Positions 1-13,759 are shown, counted from the stretch's first letter. The stretch is DNA of 64,000 bases from Eledone cirrhosa (GCA_964016885.1 OZ024748.1:39556001-39620000); one strand, 5' to 3'. A program made the numbers and translations. Notes: generated by a model not told the origin, from the letters alone.

Positions 1-585
1 ACTGCGGTTTACCCACGTCCACTGTGGTGCAGTCGGGAAATCCAGTCGATACCTATCGGCCAGTTGGAATTGGCCGATTAAAGTTTTGAGGCTGTTGCAC
101 CCGCTCTACTGGGACATGCTCCCACATAGTCCCATCGTGCATCTAGGATACCATTCCAGTCCCCCACTAAAATTAAGGAGCGAGACGTTCCCAGAAAAGA
201 CTAGACGCTTAAAGAAGTCTAGCCGTGTGTGCGATTTCCCGGTCGGGGCATAAACGGCCACCAGTCTGAAGGCTCCACCTCCGATACTGTTCACGTCTAG
301 GACTACCAGTCTACCCTCCGGGTCCAAGTGTACTTGCTGTACTCCGACGTCCAGGTTCTTCCGAAACATAACAGCCACTCCACCTCCACCTCCTAGCTGA
401 CAGAGAGATGCGTAGATCTCAAAGTCGTCGAAGATGGGGGTTAGTTGCTGCCTGTTGTGGATCCTGGACTCGGTGATGGCTATCACATCCATACTGTGTG
501 ACCTAAGGTCGTTTAAAAGTTGGCCCTGTTTCCAGGGCATTCCTAGGCCACGCACATTCACGGTTCCAACTCGTAAACCAGCCAT
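1..585 (-). pseudogene. LINE ORF2 N-terminal APE endonuclease, frameshifted near 200
   Basis: MAGLRVGTVNVRGL...DVIAITES...DPEGRLVVLD...FRLVAVYAP, typical of the L1/Tx1 endonuclease. Confidence 0.85.
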
Positions 586-1436
586 GTTGGTGAAGAAAAG
601 TTGGAGAAAAAGGATGAAATGTGCACTTACCTTTTCGTTTCCTGGAGATCGGGTTGTTCAATCTCCATTTGGGTGCTGGATGGGGTGTTGGGTGGAGTGG
701 GGAGACATTTTAACAGGACGCGGTTGATGGGTTGTGGCAGGGGTTGCCCACGTCCTGTGAACATTTAATCTTTAGGTCTTTATAGGTTTCCATAGAAACC
801 CTTATAAGTTTAAGGTGTGGAGACGATTCTGCCTTGACGAAAGTTTTGACCTCCGTCTCCACCTTGGGGTTTGGGGAGATGACCTCCATCAAACTCTTGT
901 TGTTTGTGTTGATGTATGCGTATTGTTGTTTGTGTTTTTGTTGTGTTGTTTTAGTTTGTTTTTCATCCGGGAGTTTTCTTTTTATGGTGGGTGCTTGTGT
1001 TTGGGGTGGTGTTGGTGCTGGTTTTGCTGATAGGGGGATGTTTGACTGTGGTGTTGTTTGTGTTGTTGTTTGTGTCTGTGGTTGTGTGTTGGTGTTGGTG
1101 ATTGGAGTTTTGAGGGTTTTGTGGTGTCTCTTTTTTTGTTGTTTAGATTTCCGCGGTTCTCCCTCTTCTTCACTTAAAGAAGGAGAAGCAGCTTCATCCG
1201 TCGATGAATAATCATCGTCAGGTGTGTGGGGTAAGGGTATGTTGTGTGCTGGTGGTGTTTCGGTATGTGTGTTTGTGGTAGTGTTTGATGGAGTGGGATT
1301 GAGTGGGGATGTGTTCTTCAGGGGTGTTGTCTCTGTTTTTTTCTGTTGTTGTTGGTTGAGTGTCTGTTTGTTTTGGTGTGGTTGTACTTGTGGTGGTGGT
1401 GGTTGTTTTGGTGTTGGTGTTTGTTGGTAATAGCGT

Positions 1437-2511
1437 TTATTTTATGATGTTGTTGTTGTGTGTTTGTGGACAAGAGGCTTTTAGGTGAGCTGTGCTACCA
1501 CAGCGAAAGCATTGAAATTTTCGTCCTTCTACCGGAATGTTTATTTTGTTGTTATTATCAATAACGACTCTTACGGGTATTTTGGAGATTCTCTCCGGTT
1601 TCATTTGCAACAGAATCTCCAAATCTGTGTCCGCCCACCTTTGTCGAATAGATTTTCGTATTGAAAGTATCATATCTGTTTCTGGCTCTACGAAGCCAGC
1701 CAAGATCCACCAGATGTTAATGTTTGGAGGTATGTTTTTTTATTTTTATTTTTTGTGTCCTTTTCCCCATGTATGTAGGGAAAAAGGTGCATGCTTTTGA
1801 CACCATTGGTGTCACAGAGTTTTTTTGGGCGAGTGCCTCGCTTTTAAACAGTACGGAAACACTTCCGTACTGTTTTCCTCGCTGGAGAAAATCGACATTT
1901 GCTAGAATTTCCTTGAAAGTATCTTCTATATCTGCTTGATTAACAAATTTCTGCATTCTTGTCGAATTTGACACAGTCCTAAAAGTGACTGATCTGCGGA
2001 TTGTGTCTTCCTTCATTTTAAGGGGTGAGTTAATTCTAAACCCACCTCTTTCTTCGAAAGTTACAAATTTTCTCCCTTGCTGGAACATATCTCTTGCGTT
2101 GGAGATATCAAGATTTATAAAATATTGTTTTTTGTTCACTGTTTCAGGGAAAGACATTTTCTTTTTTTGTGTGGTGTTACTGTTGATGTTGTTGTTATCG
2201 TTGTTGGAAATCTCAGTTCCTTGTCGAGGTGAAACTTTATGTGTAGATGTATCTGTAGAGTTGTTGATGTCTTTTTCATGTGTATGTATGTCAATGGGTT
2301 TAATTGCTGTGTTTTCCTGTGTGTTATTGTTATTTTTCTCAGCTTCGACGGTAGAAATTTTAAAATTTTCAAGTGTTAAAATATTTTTCTCTTTGGTGAC
2401 AGTTGTATCTATGGCGACGTCCATAGTAGCAGAAGCAGATATAACGTTAATATCTGCCTCTTTCTCTCTCTTTTCTCTATTAACGTTGTCCAGCGTTCTT
2501 GTGTTGCTCAA
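1437..2511 (-). pseudogene. LINE ORF1 (gag-like, zinc knuckle), frameshifted near 1720
   Basis: Consecutive ORFs 1717..2511 and 1437..1703; CX2CX4HX4C motif; lies upstream of the endonuclease ORF. Confidence 0.7.
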
Positions 2512-2723
2512 GTTATTTACTTTGTAAAATCTGATATTTTAAAACAAATATTTAAAATAAAATTTTCGCCCCTACAGGTGCGAAAAATTGGATTGCCCCC
2601 CAGCTGACAATTCAGGTTGGGGGTTAATCTACAAAATAATGTTTTTTCAAACAATTAGTTCGGTTTTTTGCATAGAAATTAACAAAAAAGCTTACCGGCG
2701 ATGTTCCACACGTCAGACAGAAA

Positions 2724-4925
2724 GAGAGATAGGTAGATAGATATGTTTCTTTATTAGCCACAGGGGCACAAAAGAAGGGGACAAATACAAAGGGGGAAGT
2801 TTACATACAATAAAAACGTGTAAAATGTTATCACAAATGCAATTTAAAAAGTTAGTCGATTTTCGCCAATAGAGGGAAACAGTTTATATGGGTAACACAT
2901 ACCCCCGAAAAAATGTGCAACCCTCATCTCCAGGAGTACGAAGAGTTTGTACTCCTTTCCTCTCCTCCTCCTTTTCCTCAACCTACAGACTGATATAGAG
3001 AGAAAGCCCATTCACTCGGACCATTCTCGCCACTTTCACCCACCTTTCATAAAACTTGCTGGGGTACAGCACCTCTCTCTCCATCCTGATTCTTCTTCCA
3101 AAGTGGTATTTGAAAAAAAGAATCAGTTGTTGGCCGGAGAGAAAGGTGTCTGACTTCAGCCCTTTCAACCTTGTCCACCATACAACCTCTTTCGCCATAG
3201 CTAACACACAAAGGAAGACCGCCTCTCCTTCGTTTTTGAAGGAGGGTGGCGGTTTGATCATGACAATGGACTCAGTGGTCAACCGGATTGGTCCCACCCG
3301 CGACAATAGTCGTTCTACATAGCCCCACAGGTCAGTGACGCCCGGGCAGTGTATGAATGCGTGCGCGACGGTTTCTTCGACTCGCACGCACCTCGGACAG
3401 ATCTTTTTTGCAGGGTCCCTGCCCGGGCGCCCATGTCTGTAGAGCTTGTCTCGAACTGGTAGAGCTCCTCGGTAGCATTGCCAGGCCAGGGACTTTTGGA
3501 AGTTGTCCATCGGTCCCTGGCGGAAGGTCCTACCGAACAGACTGGCCAGTTCATCTTCCTCTACGCCTAAAGTTTTCCCGAGCGCGTCGTCGCACTTGCT
3601 GCGGATCAACCCTCTATAGAATGACGAAGTGGAGTCTCCACTGATCGCCGGGTCCGCCTGCCAGAGGGCTGTGAGCGCCTGAGCACATTCGATGTGCCAG
3701 TCGCCCATTTTCCTCGGTCTTTGCTTGACCCAGGACTGCAGCTCGGTCAGCGAGACGAGTCGTGGGAAGGCTCGCCTCACGAACGGGGCCCACACCGGTT
3801 GTCCGGTGAGGAATACGTAGAGATGCCGCAGCCTGAGCGCGTGTTTGCGCATCGTCAACCACGGCATCCCCAGCCCTCCGTTAGAAGGGTGTTGGCAGCA
3901 GATGGATCTTCTCACCAAAAGAGCCCGCCTCTTCCAAAGGAATTGGAAGAGCGCGCGCTCCATTTTGGCGAGCGTTTTGGCTGGACAAGGCACGACGGTC
4001 AAGCGGTAGTAGATGGTGTACGCTATAAAAGTGTTCGCCACCTCCGCTCGACCTTTCAATGATAGTTTGCACTCGGCCCATTTCTGGGTGAGTGCAAACA
4101 CCTTGGCCGTCACTTCGTTCCAGTTCTTCTCCACCTGGCTCGAGAGTCAGTACGTATAGAAGGGAGGAGAGAGGGCATCCCTGTCGAATAGATCGCGTAA
4201 TATGGAACGGCTCCGAGAGGTAGCCGTTCACCTTGACCCTTGAGCAGATGTTGCTGTTGTGCATTGCAGCAATCTAGCCCCTGAACACGGGTCCGAAGCC
4301 TGCCGCCTCGAGCACCGCATCCAGGTAACGATGGTCAACCCTATCGAAAGCCTTAGACTGATCCAAGTTGATCAGGGCCCCACCGAAGCCGGGTTTACAC
4401 CCTACCCTCTCTATGATGTATCGCATGAGGTGGAGGTTGTCGTGTATGGACCTGGTCGGGATTGCGCATGTCTGCACTTCTCCCACCAGGTTCTCGACGA
4501 CAAGCGCCAGCCTCTTTGCCAACACCTTGGCCAAAATCTGTAACTCTGTGTTTAGCAGAATTATGGGCCGGAAGTTGCCTATGTCATCCCCCTTATTCTC
4601 GTCCTTCCTGATTAGTGTGACCACACCCCCGGTTACAGAACTGGGAATTCTCCCATTCTGTTGCCAGTTGCAGTAGACCGCTTCCAGGAGACCGGAGAAT
4701 AAGTCCGGCATTGCTACGTAAAATTCGTAGGGTAGACCGTCGAGACCTGGAGATTTGCGTTTGCCGCATTGACTCAGCGCGTCCCCTATCTCCGCGGCTG
4801 AGATCGGCCTTTCACAGAACTTTGCCTCGCTGTCCGAGAGTCGCGGTAGGCCGTCGAGGTATGGACCGAAATCCATAGCCCCTCCCGGCGCGCCGCCCTG
4901 CCCGAACAGTTGAGCAAAGTGCCGC
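2724..4925 (-). mobile_element. Second L1/Tx1-clade LINE, 5'-truncated and internally deleted: RT fragments, C-terminal CCHC domain, 3'UTR
   Basis: ORFs 4876-4274 (KSPGLDGLPYEFY, NFRPIILLN, LDQSKAFDRVDH), 4264-3881 (RQGCPLS) and 4134-2983 (GGLGMP, CPRC..EETVAHAFIHC). AATAAA at 2755-2750 is followed by a (TATC)/(TC) tail. Confidence 0.9.
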
Positions 4926-5229
4926 TGAATGGCCCGGCGCTGCTCGGGATTCTAAACTTAGATTGGCATGTTTATCCCTCCTTTCTGAAACAGTTTCGTC
5001 GTATGTTCATCAATTGATGCAGGAGTCCTAATAAAAAGTGAAGTCGCCTTGGGTGAATAGGCAAATAATTTTCCATTAAGATTTTTCAAAAGTATGTAAT
5101 TGCGTTCCCTCTCTTTTTTGTTGTTGTTTTTGCTGCTATAGAGCCTCGTGAAATAAATATGTTTGTTTATATTTTGTTATTGTGTATGAAAAAATATCTG
5201 TACACAAATATATAATTATATATATATGG

Positions 5230-7620
5230 ATATTAAAATAACAGATTAAAGTTTAAGCAAAGAATCGCTGCTTTCACCCTTAACGGGATCTTCTGAAACT
5301 AATAAAAATCAATCTGTGAACGCAGAAGCAAAGTAAAATAGTACGAGATAATAATTCTGAGTCCCGAAAAAAATATATACTAATGCTAACTCTAAAAGAT
5401 CTTATACAAGCTACATGAAAGTTCGTACGAAGTAAAGGTAGAATACGGAAAAATAAATTCAGAATCCACCCCGCCCAAAAGAAAAGCGAAGAAAGAAATA
5501 CTGAAACGAGAAAATAAGGCATAAGTGCCACTAAGAAATATAGAAGGCACGGAAAATAGTGGGAGCGGTCGGAAAAAGGGGGCAAGTATCCGTGGTCTAA
5601 ACCAGCTGCTATAAAAAGCGGAGTCCGCCAAATCTATCATAGACTAGGGGAGGAGGTGGGGGTACTGATGCTACAAGGGGCCAAAGGGCAGCCTCGGGTG
5701 GGCGAGAAAAGACGCCGACAAAGAAGAAGAGCTGGGGTAGAAGGACTAAGGAGGGATGGGGGGAAGAAGGAAATAAAGGAAGCGATAAAAGAATAAAAAG
5801 ATCTTACATCTCCCTTGGCAAGCAGGGGTTACCCATTGCAAAATCGGCAAGTGGGGTGTTATAGCCCTAGTCTACCCCCCCCCCCCCCCCCGGGTCATTA
5901 TGGGGTTGGAGGGCGAGGTAAGTCCTACGCAATCTATGTTTACATGCAGTAACCAGTTCATCTTTCTTGTTTAGGAGTTGGTCCGTCGAAAACAGCATTT
6001 GTAAAGTTTCCTCCGAGCATAAATTGCACGGACGTTTTTGACCAGGTTGTTTGTGATGTTCCTAGGATGGTTTGATCGGCGGTGGATGTAGTGCAGGTTG
6101 TCATTAGGTTTCCTGTATGGGTAGTACAGGTCGTTTTCGAGGTCGAGGGTCACGTCCAGGAAGTTTACTCAGGTCAGGGACATTTGTAGGGTTATTTTAA
6201 ATCCCCAGTCGCGGAAGAAGCTGATTAATTGTTTCCGGACCCGATCTGTACTACTGGGGTTGTACCCTTTAAAGGTAAGGAGGAAACTTTACAAATGTTG
6301 TTTTCGACGGACCAACTCCTAAACAAGAAAGATGAACTGGTTACTGCATGTAAACATAGATTGCGTAGGACTTACCTCGCCCTCAAACCCCATAATGACC
6401 GGGGGGGGGGGTAGACTACCCCACTTGCCGATTTTGCAATGGGTAACCCCTGCTTGCCAAGGGAGACGTAAGATCTTTTTATTCTTTTATCGCTTCCTTT
6501 ATTTCCTTCTTCCCCCATCCCTCCTTAGTCCTTCTACCCCAGCTCTTCTTCTTTGTCGGCGTCTTTTCTCGCCCACCCGAGGCTGCCCTTTGGCTCCTTG
6601 TAGCCTCAGTACCCCCACCCCCTCCCCTAGTCTATGATAGATTTGGCGGACTCCGCTTTTTATAGCAGCTGGTTTAGACCCCGGATACTTGCCCCCTTTT
6701 TCCGACCGCTCCCACTATTTTCCGTGCCTTCTATATTTCTTAGTGGCACTTATGCCTTATTTTCTCGTTTCAGTATTTCTTTCTTCGCTTTTCTTTTGGG
6801 CGGGGTGGATTCTGAATTTATTTTTCCGTATTCTACCTTTACTTCGTACGAACTTTCATGTAGCTTGTATAAGATCTTTTAGAGTTAGCATTAGTATATA
6901 TTTTTTTCGGGACTCAGAATTATTATCTCGTACTAGTTTACTTTGCTGCACTGGGTGGATGCTGGCATTGTGCCCGGGATAGAAACCTTTATTATTTATT
7001 TCGTGGTAGTCTCTTTAGTATTTTGGCCCCATTTGTTGACCCGTCACCGTATGATTTACGTACTTATACCTCTTAAAAGGGTCCTTGCCTATACCGTCCC
7101 ACCTAGTTCATTTACTTATTTCGTTACTTCTTTATTTCTTTCTTTACTTCTTTCTTTATTTATTTATTTATCTATCTAGCCTAACAATAGCTAGAGACTT
7201 GGGTCGTTGAACTTGCTTTACTTTTTTCTTTACACTTACTCGCTTTTCTTCACTCTCAGTATTTTTTCTTTCTTATATATTTTTACCCCTCATTGTTCTA
7301 CCTACCGTTCCGACTTCCTCCCTCTCCCCCTCCCCAGTATCTTCTTTGACCTCAAGCCCAGTTGTAGCTGGCACTACCAACGCTTGATTGGGTCTACTCC
7401 ACCCCCTCCCCTCTTTCTCCTACTGGCAGGTTTAGCCACCATCTCCCCTACTAATTTGCAATCACAGAATTACTACTGACTTTTGACAATCACTTTGACC
7501 ATATATGGAATTACCCCTTGAGAAGATCGGCTATTTAAATACCAGGATAAATTTTCATTATATCCAGAATTAGCCGTCGAAATGGCTTGAGCTCAGCCAT
7601 CGGGGTCTTACTGGTTCCTA
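5230..7620. mobile_element. Penelope-like element remnant with inverted pseudo-LTRs (~5326-6014 vs ~6279-6947)
   Basis: RT-thumb fragment LDVTLDLENDLYYPYRKPND..YIHRRSNHP (minus) and GIY-YIG C-terminal LLNKKDELVTACKHR in both orientations; hammerhead at the end of the long arm. Confidence 0.8.
7513..7606 (+). ncRNA. Type I hammerhead ribozyme, U3:A8 core variant, in a PLE pseudo-LTR
   Basis: Stem I ACCCC/GGGGT; core TTGAGAA; stem II GA(T)CGGCTA/TAGCCGTC; GAAA; stem III TGGCT/AGCCA; cleavage triplet ATC with C17 at 7601. Confidence 0.75.
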
Positions 7621-8089
7621 TATATATATATATATATATATATTTATTAAAATAACAGATTAAAGTTTAAGCAAAGAATCGCTGCTTTCACCCTTAACGG
7701 GATCTTCTGAAACTAACAAAGTCAATCTGTAAACGCAGAAGTGGATATTTCAAATTTATTTTAATAAATATTTGCTCTAGTGTTATATATTTGATATATA
7801 CTTATCCTTATCGAGCCCTCTTTGGATTTTAGTCTTCAAATTTATTATTATTACTATATATATATATATATAGCCTGTTGACCTAAGTGGCAACGGGAAT
7901 ATTTCAACTTTGAAAAGAAGAATAAAGCTTCGAGGTGTTTTGACTAGTTTAAGTAAACAGGTGAGACATATATGTCAACGAATCGCTATTATATAAGGTA
8001 AGGTGTGAAGTTAACTAACTATTATTAACAATGTAAAAGCAAACGTATCCTGTTCGGTTTGTATCGGCAATAATAATAACTTCTGATTT

Positions 8090-8285
8090 AGGTACAAAGT
8101 AATGATAGAAATAACAATAAGTTTTACTATAGGCACAAGACCAACAGTATAAGAGGGGGGAGATGCAATTAAATCGACCCAGTGTATTACTGGTACTTTA
8201 TTTTATCGACCCTGTAAGGATGAAAGGTAAAGTTAACCTCGGCAGGATTTGAACTCAGGATGTAAAGGGCCGTAACTCTATGTTG
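8090..8285 (-). mobile_element. tRNA-derived SINE (octopus-type)
   Basis: B-box GAGTTCAAATCC followed by the body GCCGAGGTTAACTTT(G/A)CCTTTCATCC..GGGTCGATAAAATAAAGTACCAGT, which recurs across the window. Confidence 0.75.
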
Positions 8286-8624
8286 ATGAGCTTATCGAGC
8301 CCTGTTTGGATTTTAGTCTTCAAATTTATTTTTATTACTATATGTAAATATATATATTATAAGCGTAAATATGCAAGAAAAAACGTGTAAAACTGTTAAC
8401 TTCTGGCCAATTATTTTTTTTTTTTGCTTCTATTTAATCATATTTGTTGAAGTTGTTTACGAAAGGTGGACAGCGTTGTTATTATTCTCTGAAAGTTTCT
8501 TTACCATTTCTCATACTTAAACTCGTTTCACTTTCCAACTTCTCCCGATGAACGTGACCGTCTTACATTCTTCATATATTTCATCCTTTCATTATGTAAA
8601 AGTAAAATGTTTAATATATATATA

Positions 8625-8920
8625 CTAGCAGAATGGCCCGGCGCTGCTTGGGATTCTAAACTTAGATTGGCATGTTTATCCCTCCTTTCTGAAACAGTTT
8701 CGTCGTATGTTCATCAATTGATGCAGGAGTCCTAATAAAAAGTGAAGTCGCCTTGGGTGAATAGGCAAATAATTTTCCATTAAGATTTTTCAAAAGTATG
8801 TAATTGCGTTCCCTCTCTTTTTTGTTGTTGTTTTTGCTGCTATAGAGCCTCGTGAAATAAATATGTTTGTTTATATTTTGTTATTGTGTATGAAAAAATA
8901 TCTGTACACAAATATATAAT
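8625..8920 (-). mobile_element. Non-autonomous Helitron 3' end; further copies at ~13450-13740 and, truncated, ~4926-5210
   Basis: Minus strand reads ATCCC(A/G)AGCAGCGCCGGGCCATTCTG-CTAG-T: a GC hairpin followed by CTAG. Confidence 0.6.
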
Positions 8921-8934
8921 TATATATATATGGA

Positions 8935-11320
8935 TATTAAAATAACAGATTAAAGTTTAAGCAAAGAATCGCTGCTTTCACCCTTAATGGGATCTTCTGA
9001 AACTAATAAAAATCAATCTGTGAACGCAGAAGCAAAGTAAAATAGTACGAGATAATAATTCTGAGTCCCGAAAAAAATATATACTAATGCTAACTCTAAA
9101 AGATCTTATACAAGCTACATGAAAGTTCGTACGAAGTAAAGGTAGAATACGGAAAAATAAATTCAGAATCCACCCCGCCCAAAAGAAAAGCGAAGAAAGA
9201 AATACTGAAACGAGAAAATAAGGCATAAGTGCCACTAAGAAATATAGAAGGCACGGAAAATAGTGGGAGCGGTCGGAAAAAGGGGGCAAGTATCCGTGGT
9301 CTAAACCAGCTGCTATAAAAAGCGGAGTCCGCCAAATCTATCATAGACTAGGGGAGGAGGTGGGGGTACTGATGCTACAAGGGGCCAAAGGGCAGCCTCG
9401 GGTGGGCGAGAAAAGACGCCGACAAAGAAGAAGAGCTGGGGTAGAAGGACTAAGGAGGGATGGGGGGGAAGAAGGAAATAAAGGAAGCGATAAAAGAATA
9501 AAAAGATCTTACGTCTCCCTTGGCAAGCAGGGGTTACCCATTGCAAAATCGGCAAGTGGGGTGTTATAGCCCTAGTCTACCCCCCCCCCCCCCCGGGTCA
9601 TTATGGGGTTTGAGGGCGAGGTAAGTCCTACGCAATCTATGTTTACATGCAGTAACCAGTTCATCTTTCTTGTTTAGGAGTTGGTCCGTCGAAAACAGCA
9701 TTTGTAAAGTTTCCTCCGAGCATAAATTGCACGGACGTTTTTGACCAGGTTGTTTGTGATGTTCCTAGGATGGTTTGATCGGCGGTGGATGTAGTGCAGG
9801 TTGTCATTAGGTTTCCTGTATGGGTAGTACAGGTCGTTTTCGAGGTCGAGGGTCACGTCCAGGAAGTTTACTCGGGTCAGGGACGTTTGTAGGGTTATTT
9901 TAAATCCCCAGTCGCGGAAGAAGCTGATTAATTGTTTCCGGACCCGATCTGTACGACTGGGGTTGTACCCTTTAAGGGTAAGGAGGAAACTTTACAAATG
10001 TTGTTTTCGACGGACCAACTCCTAAACAAGAAAGATGAACTGGTTACTGCATGTAAACATAGATTGCGTAGGACTTACCTCGCCCTCAAACCCCATAATG
10101 ACCGGGGGGGGTAGACTACCCCACTTGCCGATTTTGCAATGGGTAACCCCTGCTTGCCAAGGGAGACGTAAGATCTTTTTATTCTTTTATCGCTTCCTTT
10201 ATTTCCTTCTTCCCCCATCCCTCCTTAGTCCTTCTACCCCAGCTCTTCTTCTTTGTCGGCGTCTTTTCTCGCCCACCCGAGGCTGCCCTTTGGCTCCTTG
10301 TAGCCTCAGTACCCCCACCCCCTCCCCTAGTCTATGATAGATTTGGCGGACTCCGCTTTTTATAGCAGCTGGTTTAGACCCCGGATACTTGCCCCCTTTT
10401 TCCGACCGCTCCCACTATTTTCCGTGCCTTCTATATTTCTTAGTGGCACTTATGCCTTATTTTCTCGTTTCAGTATTTCTTTCTTCGCTTTTCTTTTGGG
10501 CGGGGTGGATTCTGAATTTATTTTTCCGTATTCTACCTTTACTTCGTACGAACTTTCATGTAGCTTGTATAAGATCTTTTAGAGTTAGCATTAGTATATA
10601 TTTTTTTCGGGACTCAGAATTATTATCTCGTACTAGTTTACTTTGCTGCACTGGGTGGATGCTGGCATTGTGCCCGGGATAGAAACCTTTATTATTTATT
10701 TCGTGGTAGTCTCTTTAGTATTTTGGCCCCATTTGTTGACCCGTCACCGTATGATTTACGTACTTATACCTCTTAAAAGGGTCCTTGCCTATACCGTCCC
10801 ACCTAGTTCATTTACTTATTTCGTTACTTCTTTATTTCTTTCTTTACTTCTTTCTTTCTTTATTTATTTATCTATCTAGCCTAACAATAGCTAGAGACTT
10901 AGGTCGTTGAACTTGCTTTACTTTTTTCTTTACACTTACTCGCTTTTCTTCACTCTCAGTATTTTTTCTTTCTTATATATTTTTACCCCTCATTGTTCTA
11001 CCTACCGTTCCGACTTCCTCCCTCTCCCCCTCCCCAGTATCTTCTTTGACCTCAAGCCCAGCTGTAGCTGGCACTACCAACGCTTGATTGGGTCTACTCC
11101 ACCCCCTCCCCACTTTCTCCTACTGGCAGGTTTAGCCACCATCTCCCCTACTAATTTGCAATCACAGAATTACTACTGACTTTTGACAATCACTTTGACC
11201 ATATATGGAATTACCCCTTGAGAAGATCGGCTATTTAAATACCAGGATAAATTTTCATTTAGTCCAGAATTAGCCGTCGAAATGGCTTGAGCTCAGCCAT
11301 CGGGGTCTTACTGGTTCCTA
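8935..11320. mobile_element. Penelope-like element remnant, duplicate copy
   Basis: Near-identical to 5230-7620. Confidence 0.8.
11213..11306 (+). ncRNA. Type I hammerhead ribozyme, U3:A8 variant (duplicate)
   Basis: Same fold as 7513-7606; differences confined to the stem II loop. Confidence 0.75.
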
Positions 11321-11789
11321 TATATATATATATATATATATATTTATTAAAATAACAGATTAAAGTTTAAGCAAAGAATCGCTGCTTTCACCCTTAACGG
11401 GATCATCTGAAACTAACAAAGTCAATCTGTAAACGCAGAAGTGGATATTTCAAATTTATTTTAATAAATATTTGCTCTAGTATTATATATTTGATATATA
11501 CTTATCCTTATCGAGCCCTCTTTGGATTTTAGTCTTCAAATTTATTATTATTACTATATATATATATATATAGCCTGTTGACCTAAGTGGCAACGGGAAT
11601 ATTTCAACTTTGAAAAGAACAATAAAGCTTCGAGGTGTTTTGACTAGTTTAAGTAAACAGGTGAGACATATATGTCAACGAATCGCTATTATATAAGGTA
11701 AGGTGTGAAGTTAACTAACTATTATTAACAATGTAAAAGCAAACGTATCCTGTTCGGTTTGTATCGGCAATAATAATAACTTCTGATTT

Positions 11790-12170
11790 AGGTACAAAGT
11801 AATGATAGAAATAACAATAAGTTTTACTATAGGCACAAGACCAACAGTATAAGAGGGAGGAGATGCAATTAAATCGACCCCAGTGTACTTTATTTTATCG
11901 ACCCTGTAAGGATGAAAGGTAAAGTTAACCTCGGCAGGATTTGAACTCAGGATGTAAAGGGCCGTAACTCTATGTTGATAAGCTTTCCGACACTGTACCA
12001 ATTCTGTCAGCACAATTGTAGGCACAATGTCAGTAATTTGGTGGAAGGGAAAGTCGATGATTAAATCGACCCAGTGCATGACTGGTACTTTATTTTATCG
12101 GCCCTGTAAGGATGAAAGGCAAAGTTAACCTTGGCGGGATTTGAACTCAGTTTGTAAAGGACCGTAAAAA
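11790..12170 (-). mobile_element. Two adjacent copies of the same SINE
   Basis: Two occurrences of the B-box and body on the minus strand. Confidence 0.7.
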
Positions 12171-12684
12171 ATAAGGATTTCTTTATTACATTCATTTATT
12201 TCGTGGATCGTGGGTTGTCTCCCCTTCCCGCTTCGTGTCGCTATGATACTTCCTCAGCCAAAAACTGCTGGAATTTCAAATTTGGCGGTCATTCGAGGCG
12301 AGAGAGAGTAACTTTACGGACACGATTTTTGACAGCGGTAAGAAATTATTTTCTTATATCAAAGTTTAACGGGCTTCCACTGATGATTTATAAGTGCCCA
12401 CCTAAATATATTCTTACATGAATATATATTAGGCTTCTACTTAAACTGGAAACATTCTCCCAACTTGTAGAAAACTTATAATGAAACAATTGTTTGGAAA
12501 GAGATATACTTTAACTTTAATTATATCTCATAAAATAATACAACTGGTTTTTCCACATTATACATATTGTTAGCACCCCAAACACTTAAATTGTGTTTAT
12601 ATTTAAATATAACCTACTGTTTGTTGAGTGAGATGGTTACCAGTCGTAGTTTAGCTTTAAACTATCTCTGTTATTGTATTAAAT

Positions 12685-12792
<108 letters not shown>

Positions 12793-13759
12793 TACATATA
12801 TATATATGTATATGTCTCTACGTAACATGTACATAAATATGCAATATACAAAGCAAAGAGGGTGTGGTTAGGAACCAGGTGGATCAAAATGCACCAGAGT
12901 ACTCGATACTTTGGGGAGTAGAGTGGGTAAAAGGAAAAGAGTCAGGACCCCGACGGCTGTGCTCCGGCCGTTTCAACAGCTAGATCCGAATTCGAATATA
13001 TATATATTATAAGAACAGATTAAAGTTTAACCTGTTCTTACAATAAATATTTGCTCTACGAGTTTATATATATATATATATCCTCTACGGTTCTTATATA
13101 TTTGATATATATTTATTCTTATCGAGCCCTGTTTGGATTTTAGTCTTCAAATTTATTTTTATTACTATATGTAAATATATATATTATAAGCGTAAATATG
13201 CAAGAAAAAACGTGTAAAACTGTTAACTTCTGGCCAATTATTTTTTTTTTTGCTTCTATTTAATCATATTTGTTGAAGTTGTTTACTAAAGGTGGACAGC
13301 GTTGTTATTATTCTCTGAAAGTTTCTTTACCATTTCTCATACTTAAACTCGTTTCACTTTCCAACTTCTCCCGATGAACGTGACCGTCTTACATTCTTCA
13401 TATGTTTCATCCTTTCATTATGTAAAAGTAAAATGTTTAATATATATATACTAGCAGAATGGCCCGGCGCTGCTCGGGATTCTAAACTTAGATTGGCATG
13501 TTTATCCCTCCTTTCTGAAACAGTTTCGTCGTATGTTCATCAATTGATGCAGGAGTCCTAATAAAAAGTGAAGTCGCCTTGGGTGAATAGGCAAATAATT
13601 TTCCATTAAGATTTTTCAAAAGTATGTAATTGCGTTCCCTCTCTTTTTTGTTGTTGTTTTTGCTGCTGTAGAGCCTCGTGAAATAAATATGTTTGTTTAT
13701 ATTTTGTTAATGTGTATGAAAAAATATCTGTACACAAATATATAATTATATATATATGG

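Larger units (their letters stand above)
1..2723 (-). mobile_element. L1/Tx1-clade non-LTR retrotransposon, 5' part (5'UTR, frameshifted ORF1, start of ORF2); runs off the window start
   Basis: ORF1 pieces 2511-1717 and 1703-1437 include a CCHC knuckle (CFRCGSTAHLKASC). ORF2 starts at 585 with apurinic-like endonuclease motifs (GTVNVRGL, DVIAITES, GGVAVMF, LVAVYAP). Confidence 0.85.
4926..11890. repeat. Near-identical ~3.7-kb tandem duplication (about 4926-8630 and 8631-11890); a partial third copy lies at ~13000-14530
   Basis: Same sequences and ORFs recur at an offset of ~3700 (6634 and 10334; 7207 and 10907). Confidence 0.9.
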
